Source of the DNA: Macrostomum lignano
Lineage: Eukaryota
DNA: 64,000 bases
Assembly: GCA_002269645.1 (NCBI GenBank)
Contig: NIVC01000212.1
Span: 1 to 64,000, forward strand
Direction: 5' to 3'
The notes below the pieces were generated by a model, which was given only the letters and a program-made list of their open reading frames with translations, had not been told where the DNA came from and did not search any database. The position numbers and the translations under genes were made by a program. Each line of letters begins with the position of its first letter. Position 1 is the first letter of the stretch. Positions 1 through 12,924 of this stretch are shown piece after piece.

Positions 1-1030
1 CGTCGAAAACTTGATTTGGCAGCCTGGAGCCTTTTTCTTTCTTTTATAGAGTTTATTTGAATTTAAATTCTTGAAAGGAAATTTTTGCCTCGTGGCAAAT
101 TTTTCAGTCGACTCAATGCTACGAAGATATAGCTTGTAGAACCAAATAATTCGAGTGGCTAAAAGTTTTTGCTCCAAATTTGAAAGTTTTTTCATGTTAA
201 TTTTTATTGAAAATTGCAATTCAGCTAAAATAAAATTTGAAAGAATTTAATCTATCGAAATGAAAACTTGGAATTGCATTTCAACAATTTCAATAATACA
301 AAAAATTAAACTACGAGCATACACCACCTCAATATTAAACATGACCTGCAGTCGGAAGTCGAAAGGCGACGTCTACAGCAAAGCCGGTGTCGTGGTTCCT
401 GATATCCGTGTTGGCGATCGTACAATAAAATGGTTTTTCGTGTTGGATCTCCAGGCCGGAGATATTTAACTCCGAAGAACAGAAACCCTAACACCGGGTA
501 CCAGCGGGGAGGCGTCGTCGACTCTCATTTGTGCTGATCACATGCAGCTGGCGCTGCGGTGTCACGCAGGAAGATCCGGTGGTCCAGAAGGAGTCCAGGA
601 GGGGGGTGGTTGCTATCCCGGTGATGCGTGCTGTTTTCTAGCGGTCGAGCTGACAGAGTTTTTTGGGCCTGAAAACGTAGTAGAGATCAGGGTTTGGGTC
701 GAGGTAGGTGAGCCTGTCCTGAGGGAGAGTGATCTCCTTCCCCCAGACTCGCTCATTGTACAGCTCCATGGCGCAAAAGCTGATGACAAGAACTTCGTTC
801 TGAGAGACGGTAATAAAACAGGTGCCGGTGTGCTGGGAGAAGGTCTCTATACAGGGTTCTCCCTCCAGACACGACACCGTGGCCGTAGCCAGAGTAGGTG
901 GAGTGGATTTGGGACCCGTCATTGAGGCAGTGGACTTCACGCGTGGGGGTTCCAGCTGTCCCTTGCTTCGTGACGCAGTGGAATGCTGGTTTTGAATTTG
1001 AGCGGAGGGTATGCAGAGTGTGGACGGAAT
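1..1030 (-). mobile_element. Degenerate non-LTR retrotransposon fragment (N-terminal half of RNase H plus ~600 bp downstream tail), copy 1
   Basis: Minus-strand frames give HCLNDGSQIHSTYSGYG and TVSQNEVLVIS, matching the RNase H motifs TDGS...GYG and VFQAEILAI, with frameshifts. The whole block aligns by eye to 4500-5580. Confidence 0.7.
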
Positions 1031-1268
1031 CAAGAGGGTCAGCAGGCCTAGCCTCCCGCTGCTTCAAGAGGGTCAGCAGGCCTAGCCTCCCGCTGCTTCA
1101 AGAGGGTCAGCAGGCCTAGCCTCCCGCTGCTTCAAGAGGGTCAGCAGGCCTAGCCTCCCGCTGCTTCAAGAGGGTCAGCAGGCCTAGCCTCCCGCTGCTT
1201 CAAGAGGGTCAGCAGGCCTAGCCTCCCGCTGCTTCAAGAGGGTCAGCAGGCCTAGCCTCCCGCTGCTT
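1031..1268. repeat. 34-bp tandem repeat x7
   Basis: Unit CAAGAGGGTCAGCAGGCCTAGCCTCCCGCTGCTT starts at 1031, 1065 ... 1201, 1235. Confidence 0.95.
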
Positions 1269-1301
1269 CCAGGTCTTGCAGGGCGAAAGAAGGACAGGGG
1301 A

Positions 1302-1462
1302 CAGCCGCGCGGGTTTTCCGGTGGTCGGGGGCGCTAGCGCAGATCCTGGCTCTTCGCCGAGTCATCGAGGAGGCGCGGATTCGCCAGTCGATCCTGATTC
1401 TAATCTTTATTGATTTCAAGAAGGCATTCGACTCGGTTGTCAGAGCCGTGCTTCCAATGGTT
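1302..1462 (+). mobile_element. LINE reverse-transcriptase fragment
   Basis: From 1337 reads AQILALRRVIEEARIRQSILILIFIDFKKAFDSVVR. F-x-D-F-x-KAFDSV is the non-LTR RT motif. A frameshifted GF..GR lies just upstream. Confidence 0.8.
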
Positions 1463-2070
1463 AGCCCACCTCTCCCTGTGCTTTGAAGCTACCTGTGCTT
1501 TGAAGCCATTCACTGGTTGTTGAGTGGTGACAACGGCGGTGGGGTGGGGCCACGGGCAGAGAGGACCAGTAGAAGAACCGGTCGAGCCAGCCTTGGCCAG
1601 GCGATCGGCCAACTCGTTTCTGGGGTGGCCCGAGTGCCCGGGGATCCACCTTAGGGACACCTTTTTGAAGGCGCCAAGTGGTTGTGCACTCAAGGTCGAG
1701 GATTCGCCGCTTGACTGTCCGAGTGGAGGGTAATCTCCAGCTTCCCCCACACGCACTGATTGTACAGGTCCATGACGCAGGAGCTGATGGCGAGAATTTC
1801 ATTCTGGAAAACGATGGAGCGTAGGTGCCGGTGCGCTGGAAGAAGGTCGTCACAAATCTCCCTCCAGACACGATGTGCTAGGAGAATGTCGTAGCGAGAT
1901 CGACGGAGTTGATTTAGACCCGTCAGTGAAGCATAGTAGATTTCACGGGGGTTCCGACTGTCCCTTGCTTCGTGACGTGGTGGAATTTTGGATTTGAATT
2001 TGAGCAGAGGGCATGCAGAGCGTGGACGGGATTCCGTCCCAGAGGGCATTCAGTCGAGGGCTCTCAGGAT
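1455..2070 (-). mobile_element. Non-LTR retrotransposon RNase H domain, frameshifted, copy 2
   Basis: ORF 1690..2049 has IVFQNEILAISS and ITLHSDSQAA. ORF 1400..1756 has VSLRWIPGHSGHPRNELADRLAK. Together these cover the RNase H catalytic motifs. Confidence 0.85.
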
Positions 2071-2331
2071 CTGGAGGAGCTGCTGCCCATGCAGACTGGC
2101 GGTCGGAGGGTTGGAGGGCCTTGCTACTTTAAAAATGACGGAGTCACATTTGATTACAGCATTTTTTACGCATTCACTGACGATTTCACTGAGTACTATT
2201 TATAACGGTTGAACTTTTGTATTTAGCTGTTAGATATAGGATTAGCAATTTAGGTGAAGTCCAATGTTGTCAGTTGCTATTCGCGGTTCAGTCCAGATCT
2301 GATCAGGCCTGGGTTTCCGGCATCTCAACAA

Positions 2332-2700
2332 TTAATTAAAATATTTCCATTGCAAAAACCAGCCGCTGCACTTTTGTCCCCACTTGCCATACCTGCATAG
2401 CAGATTGCAATTTTCTCTATTTGTTAAAGTTCCATCTATGATTTCATTGCCACTGTAGCATCGGTCGCCGTTTGCTAGGCCAAAATATTTGTATGACCAA
2501 TTCATGCACGCTGTAGCACACGTTTTTTGGTTTATGATTGTGGAATACTTAATTATCCTCAACAATCTCGCTTGCAGCAGGATCTCATCACTTATCCAAT
2601 TATAGCATCCCTTTGACGGTGCTGAAAGAGCAGGAGAAGTGCGACTCGGTGTATTTTGAATAGCTGAGGAAGCAAACAGATTTCGTAGAAAAACAGCCAT
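2332..2700 (-). CDS. WSC-domain (carbohydrate-binding) protein, intronless, possibly partial or pseudogenic
   Basis: GCY...TCATAC..WSYKYFGLANGDRCYSGN...NCNLLC...KCSG fits the WSC Cys pattern, with the fifth Cys replaced by Ser. An in-frame stop lies immediately before the ATG. Confidence 0.65.
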   Translation of the reverse strand: MAVFLRNLFASSAIQNTPSRTSPALSAPSKGCYNWISDEILLQARLLRIIKYSTIINQKTCATACMNWSYKYFGLANGDRCYSGNEIIDGTLTNRENCNLLCRYGKWGQKCSGWFLQWKYFN

Positions 2701-4499
2701 TCACTAACCCGGCACTAATGGAAAGACAGCACTAACTGGCACTGTAAATGCAGAAAAGCAAAAAAAAATTATGAAAGTGATCAGGCACTTTCGCAAGCGT
2801 ATGAGGAAGATTAAAAAAGTGAACACAAGCGAGTGATCAAACTGCCGCTTGGTATGAATTGTAAAGACCAAATTCTGAAGTCGCTATGCTTTACAAATGC
2901 ACACCGATTTAACCTATGCACACCTTTAACACCGTATTTGCATATGGTATTGAAGTGGAAACTCTGTTACTGCATGTTTGCAGGTTGCAGGAGCGTAAAT
3001 AAGGCCCCAAGTCAATGGGAAAATTCGTCAATACTACGAGCCACGTACGTAGCGTAAAAACGAGTTGTCGGTACGCTCGGATCTAGGTAGAAGTAGTAAA
3101 GTAGGCACGTGATTGTTGTTTTTAGAAAAAATGGCTCGATCCACTGATTGTCATTAAACTTGCGCCGTTCGATCAAACACTTTTTGGTGGCGCCCGGTAC
3201 ATGTGTCGCGGCTACCCTAGAAGACATTGGCTTGTTGGTTCTTAACAGATCTTATCAATCTTCTTGTTGGGTTGCTGCGCAAGTTGCAAGATCTTCGCTA
3301 TGATAATACTGAGGTAAACTTACCAGATCTGGGCGACTTGCTACATCGTACAAGATCTTAGCTTTTATATCTTTTTATAGCTTCGAATCGCATATTTTAT
3401 TAAAATTACTGCCCCATTTTGTCATAAAATTAAATATAGTTCAGCTAGAACATTTTAGCCAAATGAATGACAAAACATATATGTACCTCCCATCTTAGAA
3501 GATCCTGCAAGAACCGAGCAGATTGAGAAGATCTGCTAAGAATGGCAAAGCAGACAAGATCTGCCAAGTTTGAGAAACAGAACGTCATCTAGGCTAATGA
3601 AGTGCCGTAACTAAAGGGAATCTTCGAAAAACTATGACGTAAATAGACTGAACGGCTAACGCAGCGACCTATTGGTTCAAATTTTGATAGTTTAATTTTT
3701 TCATTAAAAGCTTTTTAAAGTGAAGAAACTTAAGGGTAGAAAAAACTAAAATAAGACACGTAATGTCAAAATACTCGTAAGACTCATAAGGGAATCGCTA
3801 TGTTTACAAGGCTCATGAGGGATTGGCTTAAGAACCCTAATGACCTTCAGCCGGGTTAGGGTTAGGGTTAAACCATAAAAGAATCTCCCTGACGAACAGA
3901 AGACTCATGGGAGAAATTGTTTTTATGTCAAATCTTATAAGGGAATTTTTGAGATGTCAAGGCTCGGCTCGGGGCTGGGGGAATCGCAATAATACTGTTG
4001 GTTACGAGCGTACTCTTGGGAGACTTGCTGAGATGTCAAAGCTCACGGCGGGATCGCTGAAATGCTGTGGCTCATTGGGAGTTGCTGAGATAGCTGAGGG
4101 TAAATCATGGAAGTTGTTGATAGGCCAAGCCAATGGTAGATCAAAAGGGAGAGGTTAGTGTTGAGCCATGATTTAAAGGGAGGCTTTGATGCCAAAGCTC
4201 ACAGGGGATGCTGATATCGATCTTAGACTACTCGTGCATAGCTGGCTTTCATGCAAGGCTTGATGTAGTCTATTCATTTTCTAAAATTTCTTTCTCTGTT
4301 GCCACCGCAACAATTAGCGCACAGGCATAATTTTTTTACTAAAATACGCATAAAATCAAAATCCGTGCTGCTTAAGAATACAGTGAGGCTTACCTCCAAA
4401 GACACCCGGAACGGCCGCGAGAAGGATCAGCGCGCGATCGAGTTGAGAACAGCATGATTGCGTTTATACTCAAGAGAATTCGTTTTACTAGACTTCTCT

Positions 4500-5580
4500 G
4501 TGATCGTCGAAAGCTTTTCTCCGCAGCCTCAAGCCTTAATTTCTTTCTTTAAAGTTTGAATGTAAATTCTTTAAAAAATTTGTGCCACGTGGCAGATTTT
4601 AATGTCGATAGTTAAAATTGAAGCAAAAAAAGAAAGTTTGCTCCTAATACGCTCGTATATGAAATTTTTTAAATTCAATTTAATCAATCGTTTAATCATG
4701 GAATTCCTTTACTTTGGGCGTACGCCACCACTACTAAAAGGCCGGGGAAGTTGAAACGGCGATGTCTGCAGCGAAGCCGGCGGCACAGCTGGCAACCTCG
4801 AAGTCGTGTGGCACTCGGTCTGCTGAGGCCGCCCATCGCCCTTTATTCAACTCTCAACAGTAATAACAAGCACTCCACAGCTTGTGCCTGTTATTTATCT
4901 TGCCGAGCAGATTGGAATCGACCGACTTGACTTACTTGACTTAATCAGCTACCACCCGATTATACAGCGGGCCGGCGGGAGGCGTCGACGCGCTCATTGC
5001 GCTGACCCCTGGCGACAATAGGCAGCTGGTGCTGGTGCAGTGTCGCACAGGGAGATCCGGTGGTCCAGAATGAGTCCAGGAGGTGAATGGTTAACTGCTC
5101 TCCAGGTGAATGCGTGCCATTACACTGGGAGTCCAGCGGTCAAGCTGGCAGAGTTTCTCGGACCTGAAAACGTAGGAGAGATCCGGGTTTAGGCCGAGGT
5201 AGGCGAGCCTGTCCTGAGTGTGGAGATCTCCTTCCCCCCAGACTCGCTCATTGTACAGCTCCATGACTCAGAAGCTGGTGGCGAGAACTTTGTTCTGGAA
5301 GACGGTAATTATAAGCAGGCGCCGGTGTGCTGGGAGAAGGTCACCATGCAGGCTCTTCCCCCGGACAATATGCAGTAGCCGTAGCCGAGTATAGGTGGAG
5401 TTGATTTGGGACCCGTCAGTGAAGCAGTGGATTTCACGGGGGTTCCAGCTGTCCCTTGCTTCGTGACGTGCATGATGGAATCTTGGTTTTGAATTTACAA
5501 TAAGCGGAGAGCAGAGTGTGGACGGGATTCCGTCCGAGAGGCTCATCAGGCCTCCCGCTGCTAATCCAGGTCTCACAGAC
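4500..5580 (-). mobile_element. Degenerate non-LTR retrotransposon RNase H fragment plus tail, copy 3
   Basis: ORF 5268..5642 contains EIHCFTDGSQ and ITVFQNKVLAT. Paralogous to 1-1060. Confidence 0.75.
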
Positions 5581-6581
5581 ACGGCTGAGGTCATCGTTCG
5601 GCCGGAGTACATGTACATACTTTTTATAAATTGAAAGTTCATTACATCGTTTATACAGTTCGATAGGGACCAGGCAAAACCAGCTTCAGTGCATTTGAGT
5701 GCATATTGCTTAGACTAAATTTCTCTCGTAAGGTCGTACATGTACATGTACGACATGCGTAAAGTAATGTTGCAGATACATGTATAAATTAAGTAGTACT
5801 CACACGTACTGGAATCTATATGAAAAACATATACAGCGAATGTACATGTATATATGACGACGTGCAACTGCAACAACCAGAAAATTGTTTAGGAGAGGCA
5901 GATCGGGGGGTGGGGGTCAACGATCCAAATGCGAATGAGACGGGCCTGTTTTGCGATAAGTAGACTACTTTTTCCGGGTGCCACCAAAAGAGCGAGCGTG
6001 CGAGAAATTGCGTATCTATGTGCTTGCTACATTTACGTTACGTAATTCTTTTGGTCATCGGGTCGGAGTACGCATTGGGTCCGGAGTACGGAGTACGAGT
6101 AAAGAGAGAGGAAGTAAGGAGGAAGTGAAGGTTAGTGGAAATTCTAAAAAATATAGGAATTAAATCCGAAGAGTCTTGGCTTTTTCAAAAGGAGCTATAA
6201 AATTTAAGTTCTAGCCGACGTCACGATCAGCCGGTTTAATGTTATACTTCACAAATTTACAGATTTGTCATAGTTTTGTTTACATATTGTAATAGTAATA
6301 GTAATATTAATATTAATAGTATTGTATTGTCGTAGGGGATATTTCTGTCTGTTAAGATCCTACTGCTGTTACCAAGTTGTCGTAGAGCTATCTACTTCCT
6401 AGTTTATAATCACGCTGCTGAATCGAGTTGTTGTAATTTAGAATAGTTATTACTCCATAAAATTGCTAAATCAATTATTGTTTCTTAGAAAATATCAAGT
6501 CTAGAATTCTAATCTAAGGACTCCTTGAATCTATGCAAGTCGCCCTGGTAGCAGTGTCGAGCGGCAAACACTGATCTACAT

Positions 6582-9414
6582 CCCAGTGAAAAATGATTCA
6601 TGGATTCCACGTGGGTTCCACGTGGCCATGTGGAATTTAAATGTTTCTTTAATTTTTGCAAATTAATGACTTAAAGATGACATAATGGTATGCAAAGTAT
6701 TTTTTACGCATTATTTTTTTATTTTTACTGTCCTAATGTTGATGTGGATTTTACAAGGAATTCATGAGAAATAAGCGTATATTGATTCAACATGGAATCC
6801 ACTTCGATAAAAAACTGTGATACACCACATTCAGACGTTTTTATGAAATTTCTAAAATTAATTATTATATTTATATGCTTTTAAGTAAAAATTAATATCT
6901 TAAAGCTAAATTATAATCGGAAAAAAGGACACTTTTTGTTAAAATAGACAAAATAGAAGTGAACAATAAAAAATGTTTCGTGCTTTTTAAAATTAAATTA
7001 CTTTTTTAAATTCGTCAATGTCTTGGTTCAAGGCCTTGAAAGATAAATTGCCTTGTTTATGGCTATTTAAGCACCTTAAAAAAATTAGTAGACCTAGCCT
7101 ATAGGCAATAACTTATAAGACCATGGCCTCCATGGGATTAGAAATTAGATAAATCAGTATTTTATCATAGATAGGCCTAATAATTTTGGTAAAATCCATG
7201 ATAAATTTATTTAGGCCTATCCAATTTCTAGGAATCCCATGGCCATGTCCATAGATTGGCTACTCATTTTTTTAACTTAAATAGGCCTTTAGAAGTTCAT
7301 AATTTCCTCTTAGTCCTACCTATCTATTTATATGTATGCTTATTAGGCCTATTTTAAGCTAGGCCTATAACTATCAATTTAGGTCCTTCTAGGCCTATTT
7401 TAATTAAGGTTGGGACTAGCTTGACTTTGTGATTTGTGACTAGTCAATCTAGTTAATCTGTTAAAAATCTATTAATTTATGATTTTCTTCAAAAAAGCCT
7501 ATTAGCATCTTTTGGACTTGTTGCATTTTTAAAAACAATATTTGTAATAAATAATTCTACAATTACACTTGCAACTTGCTTTTGGCATAGCTAGCCTAGC
7601 AGATCCCTAAGGTTGCTATTATTAATAAATAATGATTATTGTAAATTTGATCTGATTTAGGCCAAGTCTAGTATTTAATAGCCATAGGGCATAGGCCTAG
7701 CTATTTAGGCTTAGGCCTAATGTTAAATCATACTAGGCTAGCAAATATAAAAAACGTGCATTGCATTGCCTAAATACTTTATAGTCTAAAATCAATTTTA
7801 AAATAAAAAATTAAATTTATAGAAACATATATTAACTTTTTTTGTACTTATTATTTCATTGGTAATTTTATTGATTGACTTAGGTAGGGTTTTCTTTTTG
7901 CTAGAGACAAGTGGCAAAATCATACCCTAGGGGCCTATGCTCACTTTTAGGGTTTTATGATTTTAAGGCTTAGAATACAATTTTTTTCTAATATAAAGGC
8001 AGTGCAAATAAGGCTTCAATAGAAAAATAGGTAATGAGATTGCACCTAAGCTGTATCCACTTTTTAATTTCAATTTTCAAGGTGTCATTTTAAAATTTAG
8101 GGTACATACGCACACTCATACATGCGCAACCTCCAAAATTCGGTCGGCCATGCGACTTAGTTTTAACAAAAATGCGACGTAGTTTTTGGGCAAAAATGCG
8201 ACTTACATGTAATAAAAACCCTAAAGCAAAATTAATGCAACTTTGGGTAAACGGAAGGAGTAACTATGACTGTCTTATTAGGTAAAAATGCCTCGTCAGC
8301 TACTTAGTAATACTACTTTGGTATTTTTCGGGTGGGCATTTTTGCGACTTCCTTGATTGGCTGCCAAATCGGTCGGCCGGATTGGCCGACTCGGCCGACT
8401 GTTGCGCATGTATGCGCACACTGTGCATAAAAAATAAACCTAGGACTTAGGCCTAGTTAATTTTAAAATAAACTTTATTAAGTATTCATCCTTAAATTAG
8501 TTTTATGAATTATATCAATATAATCTACCAATCTTAATTGGCAACAATTATTTTTCTATTTCATTTATGCCTAATATTACATGGCCCATCCTCAAACTTG
8601 GATGTCACCTTGGTCTTGCCTTTGAAGAAGCATGCAAAGCTACTTGGAATTTGAATTTAATATCTAGAATGCTACCTTTTGTGAAGCAATGGTAAGTTTT
8701 AGTTATAAACTGATTTTTTTCTGTCATCAAAATCTGTTATATGATCAAAATCTATCAAAATCTATTACAAAATCTGTCATCAATCTGTTATAAAATTCTG
8801 TTATTTAACCCCTTTCTTTTCTAAGGTTGCTCACCTGACCTGAAGAAGCAGCATTCTGGCAATTGGCAGCAGCATGTTTCTGACTGTTTTAATTCTGGTG
8901 CATTATATTATTGTTAATTAATTAATGCTATTGACAATGTCAATTTCAAATTATATATTATATCATATGCGCAGCGCAACTTTAAAGATATCAATATCTA
9001 CATCAGTGTCTTTATTCTTTGTGTGCCAGTGACTCACTACTGTACATAAATACACCTTACTTATTGAGACATCCTGTTTGAATATATTTTTGTGCAGAAA
9101 TATTTTTGGCTATAGCTAGTGTTTTTATCTGTGTTTCAGTTTCTTTTATATAGTATTGAGATCTGGGGTTCGTATGAAATTTTAAGATCTGGTATTATTT
9201 TGTGATTTAGGATGCAACAATTTATTATGGCAACCAGTATAATGGCTGCTTACTCAATGACAATGTGGATTCTATGTGAAATACATAATTACTTCCATGT
9301 GGATCTTCCATGTGGAATCCATATCTTGATTCCACATGGATGGACGGAGACAAATGCACATATGGATTTCATATGAAAAATCCACATGGAATCCATATCA
9401 TTTTTTTCACTGGG
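6582..9414. mobile_element. Non-autonomous CACTA/EnSpm-like (CMC) DNA transposon
   Basis: TIRs CCCAGTGAAAAATGAT..ATGGATTCC (6582) and GGAATCCATATCATTTTTTTCACTGGG (ends 9414); 2-bp TSD AT; clusters of CCAYRTGG subterminal repeats at both ends. No intact transposase ORF. Confidence 0.75.
8117..8414. mobile_element. MITE, long type (P/hAT-like), nested in the CACTA-like element
   Basis: TIR CATACATGCGCAAC...GTTGCGCATGTATG; 8-bp TSD CGCACACT. Confidence 0.92.
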
Positions 9415-9516
9415 ATGTAGTTATGAATTTCACCACTATTATTATTACTACTATTAATCCCCTATATTTAGTTGCGGGCTCCCTGGGAAGGAGTTGCCCG
9501 ACTCGTCGACCGTCTA

Positions 9517-9745
9517 TTTCTGGCTTCTCACAGCTTTCCTGGCCTCTTACGGCCTTTTCTGGCTTCTTACAGCTTTCCTGGCCTCTCACGGCTTTTTCTG
9601 GCTTCTTACAGCTTTCCTGGCATCTTACGGCTTTTTCTGGCTTCTTACAGCTTCCCTGGCCTCTTACGGCCTTTTCTGGCTTCTTACAGCTTTCCTGGCC
9701 TCTCACGGCTTTTTCTGGCTTCTCACAGCTTCTCTGGCCTCTTTC
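9517..9745. repeat. 39-bp tandem repeat, ~6 copies
   Basis: Unit ~TTTCTGGCTTCTTACAGCTTTCCTGGCCTCTCACGGCTT; gives the 13-aa period in overlapping ORFs. Confidence 0.9.
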
Positions 9746-12678
9746 TGCTTTTCTTGCTTCTAACAGCTTTCTCTCCTGTCTTGCTTTCCAGTGACTAAGA
9801 CAACACGTTTTGCTTTGCTTAACCGAATCAAGGAAACGGCGGGCGAAGTTTTAAAGCCCGAAAAACGCTTGTATTTATAGGTTTTTACTGGGGGGAGGAC
9901 GGGTGCGCGGGACGTGTTTAAACAAAATATTACTTCATCAATTTAAACAAAATAATTCTTCTTCGCTATAACAAATGTTTCGTTTAAACAAAATAATTCG
10001 GTAACTAAGAAATTTGGCGTAAATTTGAAATGGTATAAGTATAAGAATATTGGACCTGCCTAAGTATGTGCATATTAAACACAAGGACCACTGTATATAC
10101 ATGTAGCTATATATACAGTGGTCCTTGATTGAACACAAGTGTTGAACACAGTATTGAACACATTTCAGAAAATGATTTCTCCTCTGGCAGTAAAGCAAAT
10201 ATTAAGCATGCGACAAAAATTTATTGGATATACTTTAGCAGCCTCATAGCAACGGATCGTCTAATCCGCAAATGTGTAGACTCATGCTAGTAGAAGCGGC
10301 CAAAAATTGTTTCGGACTCAGTGTAAGTTGAGTCTTTAATGCGTTTATTTTCTCCTAAATAGCTGGAAAATCTCTTTTGTGTCTTATTACGTTTTTCAGC
10401 TGGTTTGTTGTTCGCGAACTCTAGAATATTTTTGTTTAAACACATAGATTTCTTGGTTTAAAGGAAACTCCGTCCGTCGGCGATATTAATAAAAAAGTTG
10501 TTGACGACAACTAGCTCTAGCTTAGCTTAGGCCCTCGCCCCTAGCCAATGACAATCGAAAGCACTACTCCATTACTCATCTGTTTTCAGGCGCGGTGGCA
10601 AAATATTGAAAGGGGCAACATAAGGTCAAACAGATATGTTTTTGATGGTGAAGCTCAAAGTCTGAACTCTGAATGGAGAGTGAGACTAAATTTGATGGTG
10701 AAGCCTAAATTCTGAACGGAGACTGAGAGTAGAGACTAAATGCTGTAATAATTATTAAAGTCATTGAAATATTGTTACTTTTATCATTACTATTGTTAAG
10801 GCAGTGCCCCTACGCCCCACAACATATTTTAGGTAGGCCCCCTATGGCCCCTAGGTCTGTAGTGTAGGCAATTGCCTAGGGCCTACCCTACCCCAGGCTC
10901 TGCAGCGAATGTAGTGTTTGCAATAGGCCTATTCTTGGTTTGTATTTAAGCACGAAAACGAAGTGTTGAATGTTTTTTCTTTTTAATTTTGTAGTTTACA
11001 AGGACATGATGAATTGTGTTTAGAGAAAGGAGAGAGAAAGTCTACTCTAAAGGAAGGAGACAGCAAAGAAGAAAGAAGAAAAAATCTACTTGATAGACTA
11101 GGCCTATAGACACAAAAAAATTGAATGCCAACATAGTAGGCCCTATTCAATGCCAGAGCCATAGCCACCAATGGTAACTAGTGATTTTAGTCTATGTAGT
11201 TTATGCCTAACATTCCTTTAGTTTAAATTATATTCTATTTAGACGGCTTAGGCCTATTTTCTCTTGTCTATAAAAAAGATTTCACATAACTGCCTTTTTA
11301 AGATTCATAATTTTCTTATGGGTCTAATAATGTAATATAGTGCTAAGTAGCTCAATATGCAATAGCTATTATCTAACCCTTGTTCTTATTGGATTGGGAT
11401 TTCGACCCACTCATTTCTTTGGAAGACCTGCATTTAAGACTAAGGTTTGTATATCCCATGGCCATAGGGCCTATCTTTTATCTTTCTTTAGGCCTATCTT
11501 ATTAATGAACTAGTGCTTAACACTGATTATTTTTACAAATAGTGTATTTTTTATATTTACTATTATATAGTTTTTAGTTATAATAAGGCCTAATTTTGCT
11601 ATTTAGTTTAGGTAGGGCCAATATATATATTTACTATTAATTATTACTTTTGCATATTTAATGCATATTTAAATTGTAGGTAGAATTTAATTTTTTTTCT
11701 CCTTTTTTCCCTATCTTATTGTCTCTTGCCACTCCCTGATTGGTTCAAGCTGTGCTATATATTTTGTATTTTTATTAGTTAGGATAAATTGTTACCAATC
11801 ATTAAGTTATCAAACCTCAATATATATTTATTATTATAATTAACCATCTGCACACTAGTGTGGCAGACAAGTGCAAGTGCACCTGAAGACAGCCGTTTAG
11901 GTGCCCTTGTGCTCATCTATTCATCACGTCGTGTCTATGCACCACCAACCTCGGAGATTAGGGGTAGGGGTTCACCTACCCTAGGCCCTACCTGAGCTAC
12001 ATGGGGGTTGGGATTGACTGACTAACTAGCGCGTTGGCCTATTTAACCTGATTGTGCGCAGATGCTTGTAAGAATTTTTTGCTCTCTGCAAATACAATTC
12101 CAAGTCTGCATGCAGTAGCTATTGCCCACTTCAACAGGGTCATTAAAATTTTAGCATGCTTAGTATGATTGTGTGAATGAAAATAGTTGACTAAAAATAT
12201 TGGCATGCTTGGTATGAATTGGTAGCTTTGCTCATCTTTGATTCTGGCGTGCCTCTGCCACTTTCTTGAGCATGGCCTATATCTATAATTTTGTGAATAA
12301 AATTATGATTTAAAAAATCATTTTGACTTAATTTTGCTTTCTTTTCTACTATCAACTAGGCTTAAAAAAGTCTATTAAGCCATAGATTAATAACCTAAAA
12401 TTCAATAATTTTTAGATTTATAAGTATAGATACTTAAAATTGATTTTAATTTGTATTGGGCCTATTTTAGGCTTGTTTAGGCCTGCTTTGGGGATTTTGA
12501 CCATTTTAATAATCTCAATTGATATCAAATTATGATAGTTTTTTATTTCTAATTTCAATGATATCTCTAAGTTCATTGTGGGGTTCTAGGGTTTTTTACA
12601 GTTAAGTGGAGAATATCTGGGGTTTTTTAGAATTAAGGAAAGAATATCCTATCTTTATTATAAACTTACTTCAATGAC

Positions 12679-12924
12679 CATACATGCGCAACTTACTGTA
12701 TGGTCATTAACTTACTGTCTCACTTGTCTTATCTACTGTCAGACAGTAGATACATGCGCAACCTTGGGAATCACCTGGCTGTTTCTATTGGCAACACACA
12801 CACACATGTAAGTCGCTGTTGGCTGAGAGCAGTCACGTGACTACTTTTCCATCCAATAGCGACTTACATGTGTGTGTTGCCAATAGAAATGGCTGAGTGA
12901 ATCCCAAGGTTGCGCCTAATCATG
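12679..12924. mobile_element. Composite MITE (short type with duplicated left end and captured DNA)
   Basis: TSD TCAATGAC at 12671-12678 and 12925-12932; TIR at 12679, second TIR at 12749, palindromic body. Confidence 0.85.

Noticed and set aside
3852-3870. Interstitial telomeric repeat GGGTTAGGGTTAGGGTTA
   Set aside because: Only three units; too short to call a telomere remnant.
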